DNA of 64,000 nucleotides from Methanobacteriota archaeon (lineage in GTDB: Archaea > Halobacteriota > Bog-38 > Methanoflorentales > Methanoflorentaceae), in assembly GCA_963719035.1 (NCBI GenBank), contig CAVRAO010000002.1, forward strand, positions 224,001 to 288,000, written 5' to 3'. Shown here piece after piece: positions 32,244-41,821 of the stretch. The position numbers and the translations under genes were made by a program. How positions within the stretch are numbered: position 1 is the first letter of the stretch; every line of letters starts with the position of its first letter. The notes under the pieces were generated by a model that saw only the letters and a program-made list of their open reading frames with translations, had not been told where the DNA came from and made no database searches.

Positions 32244-33544
32244 TTGGAGCTATTGGAGTATGCGCCTACGAATCCGTCTTAAAGATGTGCAAGACACTCG
32301 CACATCGGGGAAGCGTGCATCGATCTATCCGCGGAGAGCTAGTTAAAGGGACAGAGTATGCTGTTAGCACTCTTGGGCTCGCAACACTTCGAGAAGTGTC
32401 TGATCCGCACGGTTCGGTACTCTCAGCTTCTGATAGTTATTACACAAGCTACGCTCGAGCGCGCATCATAAACTCTCTTGTTTTAAAACTGGACAGGGAC
32501 GTTATAGGACCACGTCCGCTGTTCTACGGCGTAAACGATGCGAACTCGCTTTGCGCGTTTGCCTCTGAACGTAAAGCACTCTGGTCTGTTGGAATTAAAC
32601 ACCCGCAACGGGTTAATCCGAGAACAGTGGTAACAATATCTGGACTGCAAGATATCGATGTGAAGATCAAAAAAACCCCTGAGCTATTGCACAAAAAGCT
32701 AACGTTTAACGACGAATCAGAGCTAGTGAGCGATTTACGCAACGTCCTTGAATGTGTTTTGCATAACTTAGATCAGGAACATATGAGCGTTGCGTTCTCG
32801 GGGGGAGTTGATAGCGCTTTGCTTTGTAAATTGATGTCTAATTGCGTGAATAAAAACTGTTATGCAGTAGGATTTTCTGAATCGCACGATTTAAACAACG
32901 CGCAACACGCAGCACGTTTATTAAAGGTCGATCTTCAAACCATTGAGCTGAACGAATATGATCTTGAAGTGTTCATACCCGTTGTTATTGAAGCTATCGA
33001 AAGCTATAGCCCCCTCGATATCGCTATCGCTTTGCCGTTTTATGTCCTAGCTGAGCAAGCAGAAGCCGCTGGTTTTACGTCTGTTTTAACTGGACAAGGG
33101 GCTGATGAACTATTTGCAGGTTATTCCAAATACGCAAGTTTGCACTCGGCACCGAACGACACGCTTAATAACGTGCTTGAAATGGACGTACTTAACATCG
33201 CAAGAGATAATCTTGAACGGGACAACTTAGCTGCAGCAGCGCATTCGTTAGACGTCGTTCTGCCATATCTAGATCCAAGAGTTGTTGTTTTCGGATTGGC
33301 GCTTGACGCTAGTTGGAAACTCCACAATGGGATTAATAAATATGTGCTCAGGAGGGTGGCTGAACAAGTTATGCCACACGAACTCGCTTACAGACAAAAA
33401 AAAGCGATACAGTATGGCACAGGAGCAAGTTCAATGTTGCAGAAATTGGCGCGCAAAAAAATGCGTTCAGTAAACAGCAGAGGAGTATTAAGGCTTTATT
33501 TGCGATCAATTGCAGAAAAACAAGGTATAATGGTAGCGGAATGA
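32231..33544 (+). CDS. asnB: asparagine synthetase B-like protein with a shortened amidotransferase domain
   Basis: HRG, RD..G.RPLFY, FASERKAL, PP-loop FSGGVDS, TGQGADELFAGY, KKAIQYGTG. Confidence 0.8.
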   Translation: MSGIVGAIGVCAYESVLKMCKTLAHRGSVHRSIRGELVKGTEYAVSTLGLATLREVSDPHGSVLSASDSYYTSYARARIINSLVLKLDRDVIGPRPLFYGVNDANSLCAFASERKALWSVGIKHPQRVNPRTVVTISGLQDIDVKIKKTPELLHKKLTFNDESELVSDLRNVLECVLHNLDQEHMSVAFSGGVDSALLCKLMSNCVNKNCYAVGFSESHDLNNAQHAARLLKVDLQTIELNEYDLEVFIPVVIEAIESYSPLDIAIALPFYVLAEQAEAAGFTSVLTGQGADELFAGYSKYASLHSAPNDTLNNVLEMDVLNIARDNLERDNLAAAAHSLDVVLPYLDPRVVVFGLALDASWKLHNGINKYVLRRVAEQVMPHELAYRQKKAIQYGTGASSMLQKLARKKMRSVNSRGVLRLYLRSIAEKQGIMVAE

Positions 33545-33807
33545 TAATCAAAAACGATGTTGAATATATAGCGCGGCTTGCTTGCATTGAGCTTGATGAT
33601 GAAGACCTCCAAGAGTTTACGATTCAATTAAATACCATACTTGAATATTTCGAAGAACTTGAAAATGTCGAAGCGGAGCTAACACACGAAGAGGAAGGCA
33701 ATGTGCTACGCGGTGACAATATCACGCCGAGCTTATCACAGCAAGAAGCCCTATCTAACGCTCCGCGAGTCGATAGCGGCTATTTTAGGGGCCCCCGTAT
33801 ACTATGA
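33541..33807 (+). CDS. gatC: Asp/Glu-tRNA amidotransferase subunit C
   Basis: VEYIARLA, ILEYFE.L, LR.D, ALSNAP....YF.GP. Confidence 0.92.
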   Translation: MIIKNDVEYIARLACIELDDEDLQEFTIQLNTILEYFEELENVEAELTHEEEGNVLRGDNITPSLSQQEALSNAPRVDSGYFRGPRIL

Positions 33808-35181
33808 GCCATCGAGAACGTATCGAGAGAGCGCTTGAAACAATCGAACGCAGTGACCTTAACGCGTTCATTACGGTCGATCATGAAGGTGCGAGGCGGC
33901 AAGCTGCAGAAGCTGATGCAGGCAACATAGATGGAAAATTAGCCGGTCTGGCAGTCGCTATTAAAGACGCCATTTCAACCAAAGGGCTGAGAACCACGTG
34001 CGCTTCGAAGATGCTTGAACATTACGTGCCCCCCTACGACGCATTTGTTATTCGGAGACTCCGCGCAGAAGGCGCCGTTTTAATTGGCAAGACGAATATG
34101 GACGAATTTTCTATGGGCGCATCAACAGAGACGAGCTTCTTCGGGCCTTGTAAGAACCCTTGGGATATTAACCGCGTGCCAGGCGGCTCATCTGGAGGCA
34201 GTGCAGCTTCTGTAGCTGCATACGAAGCAGATCTCGCATTAGGTTCCGATACAGGAGGATCAATCAGATGTCCTGCGTCTTTTTGCGGCGTAGTAGGGTT
34301 GAAACCGACATATGGCAGGGTTTCACGAAGCGGACTTATTTCGTATGGTAACTCATTAGAACAAATCGGTCCTATCGCACGGACAGTTAAAGGGTGTGCT
34401 ACGTTGTTTGAGGTTATTGCGGGCCACGATCCCGCAGACAGCACCTCGCTCAATCAACCTACGCCTCGCTACTCCAAATCATTATCAAAGGATATCACTG
34501 GTTTGAAGATCGGCGTGCCAATCGATTTTTTTGGTGAAGGGGTCGATCCAACCGTGGAAAACGCCACACGGGATGCAATAGACGTGCTTGTGGATTTAGG
34601 AGCGGAGGCACTTGAGGTGTCAATGCCCAGCTTACAATATGCACTTTCCGCCTATTACGTCCTAGCGATGTCGGAAGCCTCGTCTAACCTAGCTCGGGTA
34701 CTGTGGAATCATCTACGGGCACAGAGTTCAAAAAGATCATGATTGGCATCGAACATTCTCGGAGAATAGAGCATTTGGATTTGGAAAAGAGGTTAAAAGG
34801 CGCGTGCTTCTCGGGACGTACGCGCTCTCGGCGGGATATTACGACAAATATTACCTGAAGGCGCTCAAAGCACGTACGCTGATTAGGGCAGACTTTCAGA
34901 GAGCTTTTCAACAACATGATGTACTAATCGCACCAACGATGCCCCACATTGCATTTAAACTTGGAGAGAAAATAGAGGACCCCTTAGCATTGTACAAGGT
35001 GGATATTAACACCGTTCCAGTTAATCTTGCGAACGTTCCAGCGCTTTCCATTCCGTGTGGTGAGAAGGAAAGGTTGCCAATTGGCATGCAAATCATTGGT
35101 GATCGACTCAAAGAGACGCTGTTGTTCAACGTTGCGTGGCAATTCGAGCACAACACCAAGTTCAATAAATACGCTGAGTGA
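33804..35181 (+). CDS. gatA: Asp/Glu-tRNA amidotransferase subunit A, split by a +1 frameshift at 34696-34698
   Basis: GKTNMDEF, GGSSGGS, GSDTGGSIR; deleting one G of CGG-GTAC gives SSNLARYCG...FGKEVKRRVLLGTYALSAGYY, 458 aa. Confidence 0.93.
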
Positions 35182-35383
35182 TTGCGGAGCCGCATCGTAA
35201 ATTCTATTGGAAGAGAGTACCTCAAAGATTCAATTTTTTGCCAATGGCGTCAAAGGATCGCGTATTTTGCTAAAAAAATTAAGCAAGTCGAACATTTCTT
35301 AAAGTACGTCTTGCGTCGAACAATGGTTTTTTTTTGAATCAAATATATGTAGCGCGGAAAACATAATTCCATAGGGTGAACAT

Positions 35384-35746
35384 ATGGCTGATGCTAAAGA
35401 TCTTATACGTAAATTCGAATATGGAGAGAAATTAAAGTCCGAAGTGTCCATAGCAAATCAACTGCTAGAACAACTTATTGGACTGAAAGATGACCAATTT
35501 GTTGGCGGCCTGAGGATTTTAGAGGCGTATTTAAATTCACTTATAATGGAAATTAAACTCGCACAAAAAGTGCTGGGTTCTAAAGTATATTTTTCAAAAA
35601 CCGCGCGTAAACTAACAGAAGCAGTAGGAAGAATCACGCTTAAGGAGTTTGACGAAGCAAGAGCGTGTTTCGCTGAAGCACTTAATGATGTTACCACAGT
35701 CTGCGCTGAGTCATTTGACGCATTAGCCAAACTGAAGTTGATGTAA
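35384..35746 (+). CDS. hypothetical helical protein
   Basis: GGTGA SD, upstream ATATAT box, amphipathic helical composition. Confidence 0.7.
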   Translation: MADAKDLIRKFEYGEKLKSEVSIANQLLEQLIGLKDDQFVGGLRILEAYLNSLIMEIKLAQKVLGSKVYFSKTARKLTEAVGRITLKEFDEARACFAEALNDVTTVCAESFDALAKLKLM

Positions 35747-35856
35747 AAAATAAAACGATCCACTATGGTAAAACGTGAACTGAGCGAAAGCTTAGTTTTG
35801 TACGAATAGATCCTAATCCTTCACTTTGCTGATACACGATAATGCAAGTTTTATGA

Positions 35857-37114
35857 TCAAAACAGCCACGCAAGAGTTGACAATGGCGTAGAAGTTGTAG
35901 GGTGGAGGGGCACTCTTAATTGAGAGAAGATGCCTAAGTACCGGCGGGCAATTCTATCCCAAGTAATGGATTGAGCGTATTCATACACTTGGCGGCTCAT
36001 CGCATTTCGAAGCTCATTATCGCTAACTAAAAGGTTAATTTTTTCAGCAACGTCCTCAGGATAGCCAAACCTCACCAACATGCCTCTGCCTTGTGACAAG
36101 ACTTCTGCCGCGTGTGTAAACTCCGTAGCTACAATACTCTTTCCGCAGCCAATTGCTTGAGATAAAACACCGCTTGATATTTGATTGGGATTTGTGTTTG
36201 TCACCGCGCATATATCAGTTGCTAAAAAGTGCGCGATCATCTCTCTATTTGGCAGGTAGCGCTGGACGAATACGACGTTTTTTGCAAGTCCAAGGCTCTT
36301 TACGAGGCTGTCAAGCTTGTCCTTGTATCGCTGTCGCACTTTTTCGTCAAGAGCTGGATGTGGCACTCCAACGACCATGTTACGTTATGTCTTTGTTTGG
36401 ATTGGCGTCAATAATAGAAGGTAAAGCTTCTATAACGGTCTCTATCCCCTTGTCCGGATTAATTAAACCGTAGCTAGCGATCACAAACTTTCCAGACAAG
36501 CCTAAACGCTTTTTCGGCAACGTTGTGTCAATAAAAGGCACCGCTGGTACCCCGTGCGGGATGAGCGTGAGCTTTTTTTTGTCTAAGCCATAAGTATTGT
36601 TTAAAAGTTCAATTCCAGCATATGCCGATGTGACGACCGCATCTGACAACGCGTAAATGTCTTTCACGACGTCCCTCATTCCAAGCGGTGGATTGGGCAA
36701 GATCGTGTGCAGCGTAGTGACTATAGGCTTTCTTACTCGGCGCATGAATTCCAAAATGTAGCTGCCAAAGTCGCCTTTATAAAGCCCAAACTCGTGCTGA
36801 ATATTTATAACGTCAATTTTGGAGCTGTTTATCTTATCAGCAGCGGCTATGTAACTTTTGACGTCACAATCTTTGATGACGTTAAACGTTTTTGAGATGA
36901 AACGCTTGCTAAGCACAAATTCTTTTTTGCTTAGTTGCGCCACCTGTTCTCGTAGAGAAGCGTTACTCAAAAAAAGATTCTTGCACTCTTGAACAACGTT
37001 GACATTCCAAGTAATATTATCTGCAACATTCGAGATGCTTGCAGTAAGATCGTTTGTGAAAGTCGCGATACCGCATTCCCGAGGGGGAAACGAACTTACA
37101 AAGTTCAAACTCAA
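35857..37114 (-). CDS. GT4 glycosyltransferase (PRxCGIAT type), split by a +1 insertion at 36380-36381
   Basis: SSFPPRECGIATF, IQHEFG, IPHG, YGLI.PDKGIE; ACG-TAA-C restored to ACG-TAC joins YMVVG.PHP...Q.SSGVL, 418 aa. Confidence 0.85.
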
Positions 37115-37382
37115 AGGTTTTGAACTTAATATAAAATCATCTCCAAGACTCAGTTTTGATAGAACTTACACAAATTTATGCCTAGCCGAGCTAAAGCACG
37201 AATCCTTTAGCGATTAATCGCGTAATACACGGCTATTGATACTGACTGAATAGTTCCAGAAAGACGCTACTCAACAACTTACTTAAGCTGCACGTCGAAC
37301 GAATCAAGTCTTTTTTTTACACTTTTAGCTGAACCGATACTAATTAATAGAAGCCAAACCAATGTAAACGCGGTGATATTCG

Positions 37383-37616
37383 ATGGCCGAAGAGAAAAAA
37401 GAAGAGTATACGTTTAAGAAAGACATGAAGACGGGAACCCTAAATGCCCCTGACACCGATGCTTACAATGCAAACTATGCACACGAACAAGATATGGATA
37501 AGATAAAGAAGCTTGAGGTGTGCGACCTCGGCCCTGATCCTGACGACATTTGCGAGCCAGAAGAGAAAAAACCAGAACACGTTTTTGTTTCTGAAGAAAA
37601 GAAGAAGAAAGAATAG
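37383..37616 (+). CDS. small charged hypothetical protein
   Basis: GGTGA SD 6 nt before ATG, coding-like composition, T-run downstream. Confidence 0.65.
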   Translation: MAEEKKEEYTFKKDMKTGTLNAPDTDAYNANYAHEQDMDKIKKLEVCDLGPDPDDICEPEEKKPEHVFVSEEKKKKE

Positions 37617-37799
37617 TTGAGGTGATGCGGCTGGTGCTTATCCACTCAGTCAAAGTTTCCCCACCTTAATTTTTTTTACGCTTGCGTCATTAGAGTATCA
37701 AAGACGCGATACGACGCAGAAGACGTGAAAGTCGATATTGGCCTTCTGCAGGTTGTTTTTTAAAAGATTTTTTATAGATTGAGGGTAGATTCGACAAAG

Positions 37800-38954
37800 A
37801 TGAAGGTATGGTTCATCGGTATAAAGGGCGCTGTCGCTACCACAACACTCGTTGGCATTCTCGCGATTAAACGGGGCTTAAGCTCCATGAACGGCATACC
37901 TTCTGAGGATAAAAGGTTCTCCCGACTAAATCTTGCGCGACTGGAAGATATCGAGTTTGGCGGTCACGACATCCGAAACGTCTCGCTCTATGAAGCAATG
38001 TGCCGAAATGTAAGCGAGAACAATACGTTTGACATAACGCAACTAGCGAAAATGAAAGAGGAGATAGACGTTATTCCAGTAAGATGTGGCATCGTCAACA
38101 ACTGTGGAAATGCGATAACTGCTCTTTGTGAAACCGATGAGCAAACGCTGAGCGAAGCGGCAAATCAAATATCAAACGACCTTCAAGACTTTGCTGGAAA
38201 TGAAGACTGTGTCGTTGTAAACTTAGCCTCAACCGAACCTTTCTTCGCGCCTCAAGCTGAATATGCCACTCTCGAGAGTTTTGAAGCCGCTATAGAATCG
38301 AACTCAAGCCAGATACCAGCAAGTGCAATCTATGCTTATTGTGCCATAAAGAATGGCATGCCTTACATTAATTTTACTCCGTCTATGGGCAACGATATCT
38401 CAGCAATAAAGGAACTGGCAAAAAAACAGGGCGTACCGCACTGCGGAAAAGACGGGAAAACCGGAGAGACCTTGGTCAAAACAGCACTCGTGCCAATGTT
38501 CAAGTATCGCCATCTGAGAATTGACGGGTGGTATGGGAGCAACATCCTTGGAAATTTGGACGGACGCATATTGCAGCACCCTGATAACAAACAATCCAAA
38601 CTCATCACAAAGACGAGCGTTGTGCCGAAGATGCTAGGATATGAACCACATTTAGGCAGCCGCATAGATTATTTTCCACCTCTTTCCGATCACAAAGTTG
38701 CCTGGGACTTTGTATCATTCAGAGGCTTTTTAGACCATAGGATGAATATGCAATTCACCTGGCAGGGGTGCGACAGTGTGTTAGCTGCACCCCTCGTTAT
38801 CGACCTTGTCCGCTTTATGGAACTAGCAAAGCGAAAAGGTATGAGTGGGTTGGTAGATGAGCTCGCAGTTTATTTCAAAGACCCACTTGACACCGGTGTT
38901 TATGATCTCTACTCACAATATGCCTTATTCAACGAATGGGTTGAAAAAATGTAG
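37800..38954 (+). CDS. ino1: myo-inositol-1-phosphate synthase
   Basis: G.KGAVATT, VNLASTE, NFTPS, G.DGKTGETLVK, NILGN.DG, WQGCDS.LAAPLV.DL. Confidence 0.93.
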   Translation: MKVWFIGIKGAVATTTLVGILAIKRGLSSMNGIPSEDKRFSRLNLARLEDIEFGGHDIRNVSLYEAMCRNVSENNTFDITQLAKMKEEIDVIPVRCGIVNNCGNAITALCETDEQTLSEAANQISNDLQDFAGNEDCVVVNLASTEPFFAPQAEYATLESFEAAIESNSSQIPASAIYAYCAIKNGMPYINFTPSMGNDISAIKELAKKQGVPHCGKDGKTGETLVKTALVPMFKYRHLRIDGWYGSNILGNLDGRILQHPDNKQSKLITKTSVVPKMLGYEPHLGSRIDYFPPLSDHKVAWDFVSFRGFLDHRMNMQFTWQGCDSVLAAPLVIDLVRFMELAKRKGMSGLVDELAVYFKDPLDTGVYDLYSQYALFNEWVEKM

Positions 38955-39094
38955 CTTTTTTAATCGGCCGAGTAGGGCATATTATGCTACCCCCCAGCGG
39001 AAAACAGCGGTGGACGCTTAAATGTTAATAAATCGTCGCGAATATAAACCCTGCAACTATTTATCTTTAGCACCCAATCTTTTTACAGATTACC

Positions 39095-39559
39095 ATGCCT
39101 CGCGAAGATAGCGCAGATAAACTAACAGATCGAGGCGATCAGCGAGTAGATCCCTTAGTCGAAGAAGAGGAAAACACACAACTCGTTAAGTCAAAAGCTC
39201 AAAGAGTTGTTGAAGCGGAAGACCAAAGAGAGGACAGAGAGATCTATGACGGCTCTCTTGAACTTAAGATAGACGAAGTCCGCGAAGAAAATAATGGTGA
39301 AGTTGTCGAAGAGATCGATCACGAGCCATGGGGAAAAGAACCTGACTATGGATATCAATACGACAAAGAGGTCGTTGAAAAGGAGATTGCTGCTGGTGAA
39401 GGCGTCTACACGCCTGAAGGTCGAGAAGAGCTTGTCGAAGACGACGAGATAACTGCCGAAGAGGCTTTTTATATGGAAGGACGTGACAAGGTCTTCAAAA
39501 GCAAGACCAAGGATCACCCAAACAACCCCGAAATTGAAGAGCAGTGGAAAGAGGACTAA
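39095..39559 (+). CDS. highly acidic hypothetical protein
   Basis: 154-aa ORF very rich in Glu/Asp; TATA-like TTTATC shortly upstream. Confidence 0.7.
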   Translation: MPREDSADKLTDRGDQRVDPLVEEEENTQLVKSKAQRVVEAEDQREDREIYDGSLELKIDEVREENNGEVVEEIDHEPWGKEPDYGYQYDKEVVEKEIAAGEGVYTPEGREELVEDDEITAEEAFYMEGRDKVFKSKTKDHPNNPEIEEQWKED

Positions 39560-39669
39560 CCCCAAGTCTTTTCCACCCTCAAACCTACCAGATCACATTT
39601 CTATCATACCCGTTGTTCTTTCGGTTGAATATGGGTCTAAGTTTCCTAAATAACCTCAAAGCTCCAAAT

Positions 39670-40998
39670 TCATGAGCTATTGCTGTTTCCATTTAACTCG
39701 TTGTTGAGGAATTTTTCGTAGCCGGCAAGGTCTAAAAGCCCGTGGCCACTAAGATTAAACACAATTACCTTAGCCTCACCGGTCTTCTTGCATTTGATAG
39801 CTTCGTCTATTGCTGCCTGAATCGCATGACTCGATTCTGGAGCTGGACAAATGCCTTCAGTCTGGGTGAAGAGAGCACCGGCCTTAAACGTCTGAACCTG
39901 CTCAAAGGACACGGCGTCTATATAGCCGAGATTCTTTAGAAGACTCAAGCTTTGTGCAGCCCCGTGATAACGAAGCCCGCCTGCGTGTATAGGTGAGGGA
40001 ACAAAATCGTGTCCTAATGTATACATTTTCACCAGTGGCGCAAAACCTGCCACGTCGCCGAGGTCGTACCTGTATTCGCCCTGTGTGAGCGACGGACAAC
40101 TCGTCGGTTCCACACCTACAAATCGAGTTCCATTGCCATTTCTGATGTGATCGCCAAGAAGAGGATACGAAAACCCAGAGAAATTCGATCCCCCACCCAC
40201 ACACCCGATCATAATGTCAGGATTTTCGTCTGCTTTCTTGAGCTGCGCAACCGTCTCTTCTCCTATGATTGTCTGATGAAGCAGAACGTGTTCAAGCACA
40301 GACCCCAAAGAATATTTAGTCGTTGCAGATTCAAGACTCGTTTCCGCTGCCTCACTTATAGCAAGCCCTAGAGAACCTGGATGATTTGGAGACTTCGCAA
40401 GCACTTGTCGTCCGCTTTGCGTCAAAGTTGACGGCGAAGGAATGACCTCGGCCCCATAGAGCCGCATGAGCGTTTTTCGTCCTGGCTTTTGATCGTAGCT
40501 CACTCTGACCATAAAAACCTTGCACGAAAGGTCAAACATGGAACACCCGAGCGCTAGCGCGGTGCCCCACTGCCCTGCCCCGGTCTCTGTTACGAGACCT
40601 TCGCTGCCGTCTATTTTATTGTAGTACGCCTGGGCAATGGCCGTGTTTGGCTTGTGTGATCCTGCGAACGATACGTCTTCTCGCTTATAATAGATACGGG
40701 CAGGCGTCTTCAAATAGTTCTCAAGCCTTTTAGCCCGGTACAGCGGGGTCGGTCGACCGAGTCTGAAATATGCTTCTAAAATCTCGTCAGGTATATCGAT
40801 ATAACGGCTTGTTGCCACTTCTTGCTTTACCAACGATGGCGAAAAAAGTGCAAGCAGATCGTCCGGTGTCGCCGGCTCTTCCGTTTTGGGATTTAACGGA
40901 GGCGGTAGTTTAACCGGTAGATCCGCCTGAATGTTATACCAGCTTCTTGGCATCTCATCTTCATCTAACAAGATTTTTACGTTTTCCATGCTAACCAC
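39670..40998 (-). CDS. trpB2: tryptophan synthase beta chain type 2 (TrpB2)
   Basis: [49 protein letters not shown]. Confidence 0.95.
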   Translation of the reverse strand: MVSMENVKILLDEDEMPRSWYNIQADLPVKLPPPLNPKTEEPATPDDLLALFSPSLVKQEVATSRYIDIPDEILEAYFRLGRPTPLYRAKRLENYLKTPARIYYKREDVSFAGSHKPNTAIAQAYYNKIDGSEGLVTETGAGQWGTALALGCSMFDLSCKVFMVRVSYDQKPGRKTLMRLYGAEVIPSPSTLTQSGRQVLAKSPNHPGSLGLAISEAAETSLESATTKYSLGSVLEHVLLHQTIIGEETVAQLKKADENPDIMIGCVGGGSNFSGFSYPLLGDHIRNGNGTRFVGVEPTSCPSLTQGEYRYDLGDVAGFAPLVKMYTLGHDFVPSPIHAGGLRYHGAAQSLSLLKNLGYIDAVSFEQVQTFKAGALFTQTEGICPAPESSHAIQAAIDEAIKCKKTGEAKVIVFNLSGHGLLDLAGYEKFLNNELNGNSNSS

Positions 40999-41164
40999 GA
41001 TGTCTATTTTTATACTTTAAAGGTAGTATTTATCCTTCAATGTATGTCTATGTTTTATATAGTTATCGACAGGTCGCTTAATTTAAGCACAAGCTCACAT
41101 CTAATAAATTAAATTCCGCTTTTAAGTGTATAGTTATAAAAACCTGCAACACACAGTGATGTGC

Positions 41165-41815
41165 ATGTATAAGGACCGTATCCAAGCTGGACATGCACTC
41201 GCTGACTTGTTAGCGCGATACGAAAGTCAAAATGCCGTAGTATTAGCAATTCCTCGAGGAGGCGTTCAAGTCGCATTTCCTATAGCGACGCGGCTACGCG
41301 CACCACTTGATTTAGTGATACCGCGAAAGCTGCCAATTCCGTCGAACAGTGAAGCTGGCTTCGGGGCAATCACAGCAGACGGATCTAAAGTCCTAAACGA
41401 CGATCTCATCACCTACGTCGGACTGACGGACGTCGAAATCAATGGAATCGCAGGAAATGTGCTTGAGGAAGTCAAACGCCGAGAAAAAAGATATAGAGGG
41501 GACAAACCATTCCCAGATTTGGCAGCCCGCATCGCCATAATAGTCGACGACGGCTTAGCAACAGGGTATACGGCCCTAGCTGCTATCGATTATGTCAGAA
41601 AGCGCCGGCCTAAGAAAGTGATTATGGCGGTACCTGTTGCTTCTAAGGACGCCGAAATGCTCGTTAAATCTCGAGTTGACGAATACATTTGTCCGCTCAC
41701 AAGCAATCGTCCGTGGTTTGCTGTTGCAAGCTTCTATGAACGGTTCTCTGATCTGAATGACGAGGAAGTGCTCAATTGCCTGAAAAAGTACGAACTAGTA
41801 GTTGAAGGGTGGTGA
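41165..41815 (+). CDS. phosphoribosyltransferase family protein
   Basis: DR..AG..LA, LAIPRGGV, PRPP motif IIVDDGLATG. Confidence 0.88.
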   Translation: MYKDRIQAGHALADLLARYESQNAVVLAIPRGGVQVAFPIATRLRAPLDLVIPRKLPIPSNSEAGFGAITADGSKVLNDDLITYVGLTDVEINGIAGNVLEEVKRREKRYRGDKPFPDLAARIAIIVDDGLATGYTALAAIDYVRKRRPKKVIMAVPVASKDAEMLVKSRVDEYICPLTSNRPWFAVASFYERFSDLNDEEVLNCLKKYELVVEGW

Positions 41816-41821
41816 CTTACG

